This document shows, piece after piece, positions 22,140-32,466 of a DNA stretch of 64,000 nucleotides. A program made the position numbers and the translations under genes. Under the pieces are notes generated by a model that saw only the letters and a list, made by a program, of their open reading frames with translations, had not been told where the DNA came from and made no database searches. Position 1 is the first letter of the stretch. Each line of letters begins with the position of its first letter. Source of the stretch: an uncultured Gemmatimonadales bacterium. Its GTDB lineage: Bacteria; Gemmatimonadota; Gemmatimonadetes; Gemmatimonadales; Gemmatimonadaceae. Where the stretch lies: positions 1,024,001 to 1,088,000 of the forward strand of contig CAWKNZ010000002.1 of the NCBI GenBank assembly GCA_963851265.1, in the 5' to 3' direction.

Positions 22140-25100
22140 CCGAGACGCACTCCCGTGGAACCCTCGCGCCCGCGCGCTCGCGCGCGGATGCCGCGCGCGG
22201 GTGTGCCGTCGCGGTGATAGTCGTCGTCGCGTGCGGCAGCGCACCCGGCGCGCTCGCGGCACAGCAGCCCTCGGCCGTGCCGGTACCCCCGCGGGTGCCC
22301 CGCGCCGCTGCGGCGCGCGACTCCTCGCTGCCGCGTGACACCACGGTGCGTGACACCTCGGTGCGTGCTCTCGTAGCGCGCGACACCGTCGGACGTCGCG
22401 ACAGCACCCGCCGCGCACCGCGCGACAGCACGGGGCGCGACACCTCGCTGTTCGTCTTCGCGCCCGAAGATTCGATCATCAAGGCGTTGCGCGCGCGGCC
22501 CAACTACAACGTCGTGCGATATCAGGGCGACACGGTCCGCTTCGGCGCGCGCGACCACGTCCTGACGTTGCGCGGCAAGCCGAGTGCGGTCGAGCGGGAC
22601 AAGGCGCTCCTGGTCGGACCGACGATCCGGTACGACGACTCGACCCAGGTCGTGACCGCGAGCGCCGACAGCGCGGGCCGTGACAGTGTCGTCCTGCGTG
22701 ACCCGACGCAGGGCTCCGACGTCGTCGTTCGCACCTCCGTCCGCTACGACCTCAATGAGCGGCGCGGCATCGTGCGCGGGTTCAGCACCTCGGCCACGCA
22801 GGGCGAGACGTGGTACGTGGTCGGAGGCACCGGCGCGATCGCCGCGGCCGACAGTCTCACCACCCCCAACGTGCCGCGCGGCGCCGAGGGGCAGCGCGTG
22901 TTCTACGCGCACGACGCTTCCGTGACGAGCTGTAACGAGGAGCGGCCGCACTACCACTTCGTCGCGCGCGACGTGAAGATGGTGAGCAAGCGGCTGCTCG
23001 TCATCCGCCCCGCCACGCTTTACATCGGCGACGTGCCGGTGCTGTGGCTTCCCTTCGTGTACCAGGACACGCGGCCGGGTCCGCGCAGCGGCCTGCTGCG
23101 CCCCGTGTTCGGCCCCGCGGAGCTCCTCCGCAACAGCCCGACGTACCAGCGTTCGGTCCGCCATTTCGGGTACTACACCGCGATCAACGACTACGCCGAC
23201 GCGAGCACGTGGATCGACTACCGCAGCGGCGCGCGCCCCGGCGGCTTCTACGGCTTTGGCGAGTTCACCGTCAACGCGGAGACGCGGTACCGCTCGATCG
23301 ACCGCCAGCTGAGCGGCGACCTCGCGATCAAGCGCACGTCGCTCTCCAACGGGCAGCGGAGCTTCGACGTCTACTTCAACCACCAGCAGCAGTTCACGCA
23401 GGACCGCAACCTCCGCGCGTCGATCAATTACTCGCAGAATACGACGATTCAGCGGATCAACCAGTTCGACCCGAACGCGGTGCTCGGCAGCATCCGGTCG
23501 AACGCGTCGTACAGCGACCGCTTCGGCCCGGTCTCCGCGTCGGTGAGCGCGGCGGCGACCGAGTACGCGGGGCGCCCCGACCGGCAGCTCGACTTTCCGA
23601 CGCTGACGCTCAATTCGCGGACGATCAGCGTGACGCCGTGGCTCGACTGGACGCCGACGCTGTCGCTGAACAACTCCCAGCAGTTCAAGATCCTCAACCC
23701 CGGCGCGTACTCCTACAACTACTCGGTCAACGCCGCCGGCACCGTCGACAGCACGCGCATCAACGCGTCGACGCGCCAGACGACGCTGGCGTTCGGGACG
23801 CCGATCAAGATCTTCGGCTTCCAGATCTCGCTCCCGATCAACTACAACGAGCAGGTCACGAGCGCGCCCACGCGTCTCCAGATCTACACGAACATCCGCG
23901 ACACGAGCTCGCGGCAGTTCCGCACGTTCAACCAGACGTTCAACAGCAACTTCGACGTCCAGCCGAGCATCTCGCTCCCGGCGGCGTTTCAGGGCACCTG
24001 GAACCTGTCGCCGAACGTGAACCTCGTGAACGTCGACCAGGGGGGCCTGTTCTACCGCTCGCAGTACACGGGCGGCCGGTACGTGTCGGGCGCCAAGCGT
24101 TTCACGTACGGCCTCACGGCCACGCCGACGCTGTACGCGTTCCTCCCCGGGTTCGGGCCAATCGAGCGCATTCGAAATTCGATCAACCCGACGCTCTCGT
24201 ACACATACTCCCCGACGAAGACGGTGAGCGACGAGTATCTCTCGGCGATTGGCGCCGCGCGCCAGACGTACCTCGGCTCGCTCAAGCAGAACCGCGTTAC
24301 GCTCGGCTTCTCGACCAACTTCGAGGCCAAGATGCGCGCGCGTCCCGTGTCGCCGGTGACACCGGGGCCGGCGCCGGAAGCGGGCGTCGGCACGGTGGGC
24401 GTGACCGCGGGCGCGTCGCCCGCCTCACCGCCCGCGTCGGACAGCACGTCGGCCAACGCGGCGCTCGCGGGTGGGCCGCCGATCCCGAACGCGCCCGTCA
24501 TCCCGACGAGCGGCGGGTCGGCGAACGCGGAGCAGCGCAAGGTCAAGTTGCTTTCGCTGCAGTTCTCGTCGATCAGCTACGACTTCGCGCGCGCGGACTC
24601 GACCGGCCGCGGGTTCGTCGACCCGAGTTTCAGCTATACCGCGACCACCGACCTCATCCCGGGGTTCACGTTCCGCAGCGACTACTCGCTCTACCGCGGC
24701 GACCCGACGGCTGACACCGCGGTGTTCAAGCCGTACCGCACCGGCACGAGCGTGACGTTCCAGCTCGATCGCAACAGCGCGGTGTTCGGCGCGCTCTCGC
24801 GGCTGTTCGGGTTGCGGAGCGGGAATACCGCGCCCGTGCCGTCGCCGACGCAGAATACGGCCGAGCAGGTCGCTGGCGGCGACCCGTTCTTCGGGAGAAA
24901 CGCGGTCGCGTCGCGGGTGGCCGGCAGCGCGCCGTACGACGCGCGCAACACGCTCGCGCCGCAGAACTTCACGATGAGCGTGACGTACACGGAGTCGCGG
25001 CAACGCCCCGACATCGTCGGCGCGACGCAGCTGCTCAACCCCGCGGCGCAGTGCGTCGGGTACGCCGGCCTCGCCTTCGCGTACGACCAGTGCGTGCTCA

Positions 25101-25444
25101 ACGCGCGCAACAACCCGGTCGGCAACGCGACGCAGCTCGGGTCGACCGTCCGCGGCTCGTCGATCTTCATCGCGCCCCCGCAGCGGTCGCTGTCGCTCAG
25201 TACCGGGTTCCACATCACGCAGAAATGGGCGGCGACGTGGCAGACGCTGTACGACGCGGAGCGCAAGCAGTTCGCGAGCAACACGGTCTCGCTGCAGCGC
25301 GAGCTGCACGACTGGCGCGCGAGCTTCAACTTCACGCAGTCGCCGAACGGGAACTTCGCCTTCTCGTTCAACATCGCGCTGAAGGCCGAGCCCGACCTCA
25401 AGTTCGACTACAACCGGCAGACCGTGCGCGGCGCGGTGCCCTGA
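22136..25444 (+). CDS. lptD: LptD-like LPS assembly outer-membrane beta-barrel protein
   Basis: VTSC...PHYHF, PATLYIGDVPVLWLPF, RSGLLRP, beta-strand-rich body and C-terminal LQRELHDW. The true start is about 22136, not the ORF-track start at 20495. Confidence 0.8.
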   Translation: MTETHSRGTLAPARSRADAARGCAVAVIVVVACGSAPGALAAQQPSAVPVPPRVPRAAAARDSSLPRDTTVRDTSVRALVARDTVGRRDSTRRAPRDSTGRDTSLFVFAPEDSIIKALRARPNYNVVRYQGDTVRFGARDHVLTLRGKPSAVERDKALLVGPTIRYDDSTQVVTASADSAGRDSVVLRDPTQGSDVVVRTSVRYDLNERRGIVRGFSTSATQGETWYVVGGTGAIAAADSLTTPNVPRGAEGQRVFYAHDASVTSCNEERPHYHFVARDVKMVSKRLLVIRPATLYIGDVPVLWLPFVYQDTRPGPRSGLLRPVFGPAELLRNSPTYQRSVRHFGYYTAINDYADASTWIDYRSGARPGGFYGFGEFTVNAETRYRSIDRQLSGDLAIKRTSLSNGQRSFDVYFNHQQQFTQDRNLRASINYSQNTTIQRINQFDPNAVLGSIRSNASYSDRFGPVSASVSAAATEYAGRPDRQLDFPTLTLNSRTISVTPWLDWTPTLSLNNSQQFKILNPGAYSYNYSVNAAGTVDSTRINASTRQTTLAFGTPIKIFGFQISLPINYNEQVTSAPTRLQIYTNIRDTSSRQFRTFNQTFNSNFDVQPSISLPAAFQGTWNLSPNVNLVNVDQGGLFYRSQYTGGRYVSGAKRFTYGLTATPTLYAFLPGFGPIERIRNSINPTLSYTYSPTKTVSDEYLSAIGAARQTYLGSLKQNRVTLGFSTNFEAKMRARPVSPVTPGPAPEAGVGTVGVTAGASPASPPASDSTSANAALAGGPPIPNAPVIPTSGGSANAEQRKVKLLSLQFSSISYDFARADSTGRGFVDPSFSYTATTDLIPGFTFRSDYSLYRGDPTADTAVFKPYRTGTSVTFQLDRNSAVFGALSRLFGLRSGNTAPVPSPTQNTAEQVAGGDPFFGRNAVASRVAGSAPYDARNTLAPQNFTMSVTYTESRQRPDIVGATQLLNPAAQCVGYAGLAFAYDQCVLNARNNPVGNATQLGSTVRGSSIFIAPPQRSLSLSTGFHITQKWAATWQTLYDAERKQFASNTVSLQRELHDWRASFNFTQSPNGNFAFSFNIALKAEPDLKFDYNRQTVRGAVP

Positions 25445-25499
25445 GGCGATGCGCCGAGGCGGGGCGCGGCTTCGGGGCGGGTCGACTACACTCCGCCCC

Positions 25500-26489
25500 A
25501 TGCTCTCGGCCCGCTTCAAGCCGTACCACGTCCCGCTGTTCATCGCGAAGTACGCGTACCTCAAGGCCCGGCGCCGGCCGGTACTCGTGCACTTCGAGGT
25601 GACCGAACGGTGCAACGCGCGTTGCGGGTTCTGCGACTACTGGAAGACGCCGGCGGCGGCCCGCGATGCGGAGTTGGCGAGCTTCGTCGATGCGGCGCGC
25701 TTCTTCGACCCGATGCTCGTCACCTGGACGGGGGGCGAGCCGCTGCTTCGGCGCGACCTCGAACGTCTCGTCGCGGGCGTCGGGGCGGCGGTGCGGCTCA
25801 AGTACGTCACCCTGATCACGCACGGCGGACTGTTGAACGTCGAGCGCGCGCGGTCGTTGTGGGACGCGGGCGTGCACCAGTTCAACATCTCGCTCGACTA
25901 CCTCGATGCTCGGCACGATGAAGCGCGCGGCATCCCCGGGCTCTCGGCGAAGATCCTGCGCACGGTGCCCGCGATGCGGGAGGCCGGGATCGACAACGTC
26001 CGGTTCAACACCGTCATCAAGGACGACAACCTCGACGCGATCCTGCCGATCGTGCGGACGGCCGAGGAGCTCGGGTGCGGCGTGAACCTGAGCGTCTACA
26101 CCGACGCGAAGAACGGGAACCGCGAGCACCTGGTCGCCGACGACCGGCACGCGGCGGTCGACGCGCTGGTGGCGGAGTTGCTCGCCTTCAAGCGGCGGCG
26201 GCGCGGCGTCATCACGAACTCGGACTACTACCTCGAACAGTTGCCCCGCTACGTGCGGGGCGAGATGCGCGAGCCCTGTCGGTCCGGGCGCGACACCGTG
26301 CACATCAACCCGACCGGGCACGTCCGGCGGTGCCCGGACTTCCCGGCCGACGGCCACTGGTCCACGTACCGAGGCTACGACCCGATCGCGTGCAACGCGT
26401 GCTACTACGCCTGCCGTGGTGAAGCGCAGGCCCCGCTCCGCCTTTCGCGCGTCGCCGACGTGATGGGATCGACCGCGCACCGCGCGTGA
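25500..26489 (+). CDS. Radical SAM protein with C-terminal Cys-rich (SPASM/twitch-like) region
   Basis: CNARCGFC (CxxxCxxC), TGGEPLLR and ISLD; C-terminal C...C...CNACYYAC. Confidence 0.9.
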   Translation: MLSARFKPYHVPLFIAKYAYLKARRRPVLVHFEVTERCNARCGFCDYWKTPAAARDAELASFVDAARFFDPMLVTWTGGEPLLRRDLERLVAGVGAAVRLKYVTLITHGGLLNVERARSLWDAGVHQFNISLDYLDARHDEARGIPGLSAKILRTVPAMREAGIDNVRFNTVIKDDNLDAILPIVRTAEELGCGVNLSVYTDAKNGNREHLVADDRHAAVDALVAELLAFKRRRRGVITNSDYYLEQLPRYVRGEMREPCRSGRDTVHINPTGHVRRCPDFPADGHWSTYRGYDPIACNACYYACRGEAQAPLRLSRVADVMGSTAHRA

Positions 26490-26746
26490 GCGGCGTGGCG
26501 TCGGTGGGCGGGCTGAGAGGATGCCCACGCTGACGTTTTGGCGGGCGACGCGTCCTGCGAGGGACGGGCGTGCGGCGCCGCGCGGGAACCGCGGCCACGC
26601 TGCCTGCGCTTGCCTGTGGTCGCGTCCGACGCGGACGAGGGCGGCGCGGCGGCTCGCTTGTCCGTGATTTCAGCGAGGGGTAGTATTCGCGGCGCCCGCC
26701 CCCGACGCCGCGGTGCCCCTCCTCCCTCGGAGCTCCGCACCCGGTG

Positions 26747-28591
26747 ATGTCCGCCCTCGCAAAGATCAAGAAAGCCGCGGCTCAACACGAACAGGATCGC
26801 CACTACGACAAGGCGCTCGCGCAGTACGCGCGCCTGCTCGACGGCGCAGCCGATGCGGACGAGGACGTCGATGTCACGCTCTACAACCGGGCGGGTGACC
26901 TGGCGTTGCGCGCGGGCGACGTGCCGCGCGCGGTTACGTATTTCGAGCGTGCGATCGACCTGTACGCGGCGGGCGGATTCCTGAACAACGCCGTCGCGCT
27001 CGCGGTCAAGATCCTTCGCCACGCGCCGGGGCACCTCGCCGCCCACCACACGCTCGGTGTCCTGTACGGGCGGAAGGGATTTCGGGCGGAAGCACGGCAG
27101 CACCTGGCCGACTACGCGGCCCAGATGCACCGCGCGGGGCGCGCGGACGAGGTCCGTCGCACGCTCGGCGAGTTGGCGGCGCTCGGGTCGGGGGCCGACG
27201 AGGTCGCGGCGGTCGGCGAGCTGCTGACAGCGCGCGCTGCGACGCCGGACGATGCCGGCGCGCTCGTCAAGGCTTTTGCCGCGGCCGTCGGTGTCCAGGA
27301 ACCTCGCGCAGCCGCTGACGCAGCGCCCGCCGCGGGAATCCCGCTGTCCGAGCTCATCGAGTTCGAGATCCGCGGCCCGCGCCTCGCGCCCGTGTCGGCG
27401 GATGCGGCGTCCGCCGCGGTTCGCTGGCTGACCGCGCTCCCGGGCGACCCGGCGCCGCTGCGCGTTTCGACGCTGCGCAGGACTGCTCCCCCGCGCGAGC
27501 TCGAGTTCTCGTCGTTTGCTCCACCCGCTCCGGTGGGCGCGGATGAAGGCTCGAGTCAGCTGGCGCTGCTCGATCTGACCGGGTTCGAGCCAACCCCGGA
27601 TGCGCCGACGCGAGCGGACGCGTTCGACCCGACCGGATTCGCGTTGGGCGATGGTGACCCCCACGCGCCCGCACACGAATCGCGCGACTTCGCCGCGACG
27701 GTGCTTGCAACGTCTGGTTTCGAGGTCGGCGGGTTCGACGTCGGAGGGATCGACGTCCCGATGTTCGACGCGCCGGTCACTCCGACGTCCCCGCTCACGG
27801 GCCCTACCCGCGCGGCGCCGCTCTTCGACGCGCCCGAGATCGACATGGTCCCGGTCGGCGCGGAGTTGCCGGCGGAGGTCGAGTCGCCGCACTTCGATCT
27901 GCTGGAGCCCGAAGCGGCCCAACTCGCGACCCGAACGACCGACGACGAAACGGCCGCCCTCGGCGTCGTGATGCTCGACGTCGAACCGGCCACGACAACG
28001 CCCGCGCCGGCTCCCGCCTACGTCGCGCCGGAACGCGACGCGCCGACTGACCTCGGCGAGTGGCTGCGGAGCACGGAATTGCCCGCGTCTACCCGGCTCG
28101 TCACGCAGGCCCCGCGCGAGACCGGGGACGAGGATGCCGACTTCGACGCGGCGTTGCACGCGTTCACCTCTGGCCTCGCGCAGGCGGTGGACGCCGGCGA
28201 CCGCGAGAGCCACTACGACCTCGGCGTGGCGTTCCGCGAGATGGGGCTGCTGACCGACGCGGTGCGCGAGTTTCAGCGCGCGCTCGCTGCCCCGGGTAGC
28301 GGGCTCCGCGAGCGTGAAGCGCTCGCCCAGTGCTTCCTCGACCTGAACCGCCCGGAGCTGGCCCTCGCGACGTTGGAGCCGGCCGCCGACGCTGCGGCTG
28401 CGGCCGGCGTCCCGCCCGAAACGCTCGTCGGCGTGCACTACGTGCTCGCCGAAGCCGCACGCGCGGTCGGGCGAGTCGACGTGGCGCGCGCGTGGTACGT
28501 CCGTGTGCTCGCTACCGATTACGGTTTTCGCGACGCGGCGACCCACCTGGCCGCGCTGCCACCGCCGATTCAGCGCGCCCCGTCCCGATGA
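26747..28591 (+). CDS. Tetratricopeptide repeat protein with acidic linker
   Basis: N-terminal TPRs (LYNRAGDL, HHTLGVLY), acidic Pro-rich linker, C-terminal TPRs beginning ESHYDLGVAFREMGL. Confidence 0.85.
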   Translation: MSALAKIKKAAAQHEQDRHYDKALAQYARLLDGAADADEDVDVTLYNRAGDLALRAGDVPRAVTYFERAIDLYAAGGFLNNAVALAVKILRHAPGHLAAHHTLGVLYGRKGFRAEARQHLADYAAQMHRAGRADEVRRTLGELAALGSGADEVAAVGELLTARAATPDDAGALVKAFAAAVGVQEPRAAADAAPAAGIPLSELIEFEIRGPRLAPVSADAASAAVRWLTALPGDPAPLRVSTLRRTAPPRELEFSSFAPPAPVGADEGSSQLALLDLTGFEPTPDAPTRADAFDPTGFALGDGDPHAPAHESRDFAATVLATSGFEVGGFDVGGIDVPMFDAPVTPTSPLTGPTRAAPLFDAPEIDMVPVGAELPAEVESPHFDLLEPEAAQLATRTTDDETAALGVVMLDVEPATTTPAPAPAYVAPERDAPTDLGEWLRSTELPASTRLVTQAPRETGDEDADFDAALHAFTSGLAQAVDAGDRESHYDLGVAFREMGLLTDAVREFQRALAAPGSGLREREALAQCFLDLNRPELALATLEPAADAAAAAGVPPETLVGVHYVLAEAARAVGRVDVARAWYVRVLATDYGFRDAATHLAALPPPIQRAPSR

Positions 28592-29604
28592 CGTCTGGAG
28601 CGTTCGCTCGCGGGCCGTCGACGCGCACGACCGTCGTGACCTTGCAAGACGTGCAGGCGCCGATCCGCGCCTCGCTCGACCGCGTGGTCGACGAACTCGG
28701 GCGCATCCTCGCGACGGACGACGTGGTCGCGGCGGAAGTGACGTCGCATCTCGCCGCGTTGCGGGGCAAGCTGTTCCGTCCCACGCTACTGCTGCTCGCG
28801 AGCGGCGTGATGGACCGGCCGGAGGCGCGTGCGGTGTCGGTCGCGGCGGCGCTCGAAGTGTTGCACCTCGCGAGCCTCGTGCACGACGACGCGGTCGATC
28901 ACTCGGTGATGCGCCGCGGCATGCCGACGATCAATGCCCTGTTCAGTCACCAGACCGCGGTGCTGATGGGCGACCTGCTCTACGCACGCGCGCTCACCGA
29001 ACTCGTGCGGCTGGGCGATTGGGACGTCGCGCGGGTGTTCGCCGACGTGTCCACGCGGATGACCGTCGGCGAACTTCGCCAACTCGGCGCGGCCGACGCG
29101 CTCGCGTTCAGCGAAGCCGACTACGACCAGTTGATTCGCGCCAAGACGGCCTCGCTGTTCCGGGCCGCGTGCGACCTCGGCGCGCTCTGCGGCGCTCCCG
29201 CCTTCCGTGGTCAGCTCGCGCGGTACGGCGAGCGACTCGGGATGCTGTTCCAAGTCATCGACGACCTGCTGGACTATACCGAAGTGCAGGAAGTCACTGG
29301 GAAGCCGAGCGGTCTCGATCTACGCGAACACAAGGTGACGTTGCCGCTCATCGCGGCGCTCCCGGCCCTCGACCGGGCCGGACGGCGGCGCGTCGACGAG
29401 CTCTTCACGGCCGCGGATCCGGATGATCAGCTCGTGGCGGAGGTCGTGGCACTCGTCGCGCAACACGGCGGGCTGGATTACGCGCGCCGACGAGTCGATC
29501 GCCTCGCCGCGGAGGCCGAGGACGCGCTCGTGACGCTGCCCGACACCGCCGCGCGTGCGGCACTTGCCGACGCGATCGCCTACGCTCAGGAGCGTCGCTC
29601 CTGA
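28588..29604 (+). CDS. Polyprenyl diphosphate synthase (IspB/HepT-like)
   Basis: GKLFRP, HDDAVD...RRG (first Asp-rich motif), KTA, FQVIDDLLD (second motif) and GKP. Confidence 0.95.
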   Translation: MTSGAFARGPSTRTTVVTLQDVQAPIRASLDRVVDELGRILATDDVVAAEVTSHLAALRGKLFRPTLLLLASGVMDRPEARAVSVAAALEVLHLASLVHDDAVDHSVMRRGMPTINALFSHQTAVLMGDLLYARALTELVRLGDWDVARVFADVSTRMTVGELRQLGAADALAFSEADYDQLIRAKTASLFRAACDLGALCGAPAFRGQLARYGERLGMLFQVIDDLLDYTEVQEVTGKPSGLDLREHKVTLPLIAALPALDRAGRRRVDELFTAADPDDQLVAEVVALVAQHGGLDYARRRVDRLAAEAEDALVTLPDTAARAALADAIAYAQERRS

Positions 29605-29638
29605 GCGCCATCCCGCCACCGCTCGAGTTCGTTCCGTC

Positions 29639-29917
29639 ATGTCGCCCCGCACATCGTCCCGGCCGTCGCGATTCTACGTCATCGTTCTCGCGACGGGGTT
29701 CATCGCCGGTGGCGTCCTGACGCAGGTCGCGCGGCTGTTCATGCCCCCCGGCGCTGTGAAGCAATTCTTGACGACCGGCGTGACACCGTCGGTCGGCCCG
29801 CTGCAGATCGATCTCGTTATCTTGAAGTTCGCCGTTGGGCCCGTCGCGCTCGATGTGTCGTTGCTGAGTCTCGTGGGCGTCCTGCTCGCGTACCTGATCG
29901 CGCGGTCCCTCTTCTGA
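29639..29917 (+). CDS. Small membrane protein (DUF4321-like)
   Basis: Two hydrophobic segments; the pattern IDLVILKFAVG...DVSLLSLVGVLLAYLI resembles DUF4321 from recall. Confidence 0.65.
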   Translation: MSPRTSSRPSRFYVIVLATGFIAGGVLTQVARLFMPPGAVKQFLTTGVTPSVGPLQIDLVILKFAVGPVALDVSLLSLVGVLLAYLIARSLF

Positions 29918-29966
29918 CGCCGCGCCGGCTCGGCCGCACGGCCGCGGCGATCACGATCGGAGGCGC

Positions 29967-30284
29967 ATGTTAGGAAATCTGGGGCTCGGCGAGATTCTGA
30001 TCATCCTGGTGATGATCCTGGTGCTGTTCGGGCCCAAGAAGATCCCCGAGCTCGCCGGCACGGTCGGCCGCTACGTCAACCAGTTCCGGCGGCAGATGCA
30101 GGAGGCGCAGCGCGCAGTCATCGACCCGCTACGCGCCGACCTGACGGGCGGCACTCCGCCCGACGGTGGCTACCCGCCGAACGGGTACACGAATGCGCCG
30201 CCGTACGTCCCGCCGCCATACGCGCCCGTCCCGCTCACCGAGGAAGAAGAGCGAGCGCGCCAGCCGAAGCGGTTGCTCGACTGA
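29967..30284 (+). CDS. TatA/TatB family protein
   Basis: LGLGEILII...LFGPKKIPEL followed by an amphipathic helix; SD GGAGG. Confidence 0.92.
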   Translation: MLGNLGLGEILIILVMILVLFGPKKIPELAGTVGRYVNQFRRQMQEAQRAVIDPLRADLTGGTPPDGGYPPNGYTNAPPYVPPPYAPVPLTEEEERARQPKRLLD

Positions 30285-30296
30285 CGCGCGGGGTAA

Positions 30297-30325
30297 CGCC
30301 GGGCCGGCGACGCGCCGGCCCGGCG
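30297..30325. terminator. 13-bp inverted repeat between convergent tatA/B and ppiD
   Basis: CGCCGGGCCGGCG-acg-CGCCGGCCCGGCG. Confidence 0.6.
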
Positions 30326-30330
30326 CTCGG

Positions 30331-32169
30331 TCAGCCGTTGGCCTGTCGCCGCTGCGCGGCCTCGACCTCGGCGCGGCGGTCGTCGATCTTCGCCGTCGAG
30401 CGCAGGTCGGCGAGGAATTCGCGCACGCGGGCCTGGCGGAGTGCCTGTGCGACCTGCTGGCGCTGTACGGCCTTCTGCGCCTGCCACGCGCCCTTGTCGG
30501 CAGCGACGCGACGGTCCACGCGCAACACGTACACGCCGTCGCGCGACGTGACCGGGGCGGTGAGCGTCCCCTGCGGCACGCCGAACGCGGCCCCGATAGC
30601 CTCGGTGTACTGACCGAGCCCCGGCACGAGCATCCCGCGGGTGAACGGACCGGCGTGCTGCACGGCAAGGTGCTGTGCCGCGGCGGCCTGCTCGAGCGTC
30701 GACGTCGCGGCCGCCTGCCGGAGTTGCTGCGCGCGCGGCACGAGGGCTTGGAGCTTCTTGTCCGTGAGCAGGCGCTGCTGAATCTCCCCGCGTACTTCAG
30801 CCAGCGGCTGCGGCCCGCCCGGGGTAAGCGAGTCGAGCCGCGCGAGGTAGTACGCGTCGGGTGCGTCGAACAGCTCGCTCGTTTCGCCCGGATGCACCCC
30901 GCCGAACGCCCACGCGCTCACGCTCGGGACCGGGCGGCCGTTCACACTGAGGGGCTGGTTGGCGAACACGGGCACGCGCCGGGGCGTGAGGCCGAAGCGC
31001 TTCGCGGCCGCGTCGAACTTGCGCGGGTCGTCACTGGACCCCGCCGCGCTCGCGAGCGCATCGGCCTCGCGGTCCACGAGCTTGGCGTTCGAATCGCTCT
31101 GTGCGATCGGGATCAGGATGTGCCGCAGCGCGAGTGTGTCGCCCTTACGCTCGTCGACGCGGATGATGTGATAGCCGAACTGTGTGGCAACGGGCTCCGA
31201 AATCTGACCCGGCTGCAGCGCGTAGGCGGCCCGTTCGAACTCCGGCACGAAACGTCCACGCCCGCCGCGCCCGAGCGCGCCGCCCTGTGCCGCGGAGCCC
31301 GAGTCGGAACTCTCGCGCTTCGCGACGTCCTCGAACTTGGCACCGCCCACGAGTTCCGCGCGGATGCGGAGCGCGCGATCGCGCGCCGCGGCGCTGTCCT
31401 GCGCCGTGATCGCGCGCGGGAGCGTGAGCAGCGAAACCAGGGCGCGCCCGGGCCGTTCGAACGTCTTGCGGTGCGCGTCGTAGTACGCCTGCACCTCGGC
31501 CGGACTCACCGAGACGGCGTTGTCGGCGACGAGGTCGGGGCGGAACACCACGTAGGACACCTGCGCCGAGTCGTGCTCATCCTGGTAGAGCTGCCAGAGC
31601 CGGGCGTCGGACGCGTATGCGCCGCTCGCGACCTCGTCCAGCAGCTTCTCGCGCGGGATCCCGGTGCGGTAGTAAGCCTCAAGTTGAAGCAGGAGTCCCC
31701 CTCCGCGAGCGGTCGGGCTCGAGAGGAAGCGGCGGTACTTTTCGGGGTCGAACTGCCCGTTTGTCTGCAACTCCGGGCTGTCCCGCAGCTCCGGCGGGGG
31801 CTGGTTCTGCGCCGCGGCCCGGATCTCGTCGTCGGTCACGCCGATGTTGCGCTTCGCGATTTCCTGCGAGACGAGGCGATCGCCGATCATCTGATCGAAC
31901 GTCGCCTGCTCGACCTCGCGGCGCTCGTCGAGCGTCAGGGCGCGGCCGAGGCGCTGGCTTTCCTGTTGCGCACGGGCCTCGACGGCGCGAAGGTAGTCGG
32001 TCGCGAGGATATCGTCGCCATTCACCTTGGCGACGACGGAGTTCGTCGTCAGGCGGCTGGCGCCGCCGCCGAGCAGCCCGGAGGTCTGACCGAAGAGGAA
32101 GACGGCGACGAAAGCGGCGGCCATGATGACGACGAAATACTTGCCGCTGCTTCGCATCTGTTGCAGCAC
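30331..32169 (-). CDS. PpiD/SurA-like peptidylprolyl isomerase
   Basis: N-terminal TM anchor, VAKVNG SurA_N, GQFDPEKY, and parvulin motif FEDVAKRESSD...GGALG...FVPEFE...TQFGYHII. Confidence 0.92.
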   Translation of the reverse strand: MLQQMRSSGKYFVVIMAAAFVAVFLFGQTSGLLGGGASRLTTNSVVAKVNGDDILATDYLRAVEARAQQESQRLGRALTLDERREVEQATFDQMIGDRLVSQEIAKRNIGVTDDEIRAAAQNQPPPELRDSPELQTNGQFDPEKYRRFLSSPTARGGGLLLQLEAYYRTGIPREKLLDEVASGAYASDARLWQLYQDEHDSAQVSYVVFRPDLVADNAVSVSPAEVQAYYDAHRKTFERPGRALVSLLTLPRAITAQDSAAARDRALRIRAELVGGAKFEDVAKRESSDSGSAAQGGALGRGGRGRFVPEFERAAYALQPGQISEPVATQFGYHIIRVDERKGDTLALRHILIPIAQSDSNAKLVDREADALASAAGSSDDPRKFDAAAKRFGLTPRRVPVFANQPLSVNGRPVPSVSAWAFGGVHPGETSELFDAPDAYYLARLDSLTPGGPQPLAEVRGEIQQRLLTDKKLQALVPRAQQLRQAAATSTLEQAAAAQHLAVQHAGPFTRGMLVPGLGQYTEAIGAAFGVPQGTLTAPVTSRDGVYVLRVDRRVAADKGAWQAQKAVQRQQVAQALRQARVREFLADLRSTAKIDDRRAEVEAAQRRQANG

Positions 32170-32364
32170 GGGGCGGAACTCCTCGCGGGGTAGAGCGGAT
32201 GGTCGATGGGGCGCGCGACGGCCCCGAACGCGCGCGGCGCGCCGACGGCGGTATCGACCGTGGCGCGCCTCGGGCCGGAACGGAACCTCGAAACGTACGA
32301 GTCGCCGCGCGCTAAAGGCAAGGGAACGTGAGACTTCGGCACCGGCGTTCGCGGGGCGCGCGCG

Positions 32365-32394
32365 TTGACGCGTCCGTTCACGAGCGCGTATTCT
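32365..32394 (+). promoter_or_regulatory. Putative sigma70-type promoter
   Basis: TTGACG-N18-TATTCT in the divergent intergenic region, upstream of the TPR-aroQ operon. Confidence 0.5.
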
Positions 32395-32466
32395 TCCCGC
32401 TCGTCTTCACCGTTGCCCGCCTCTGCCGCCGCGTGCCGTTTGCCGCGACGGCGCCGCCCGCCTCCC

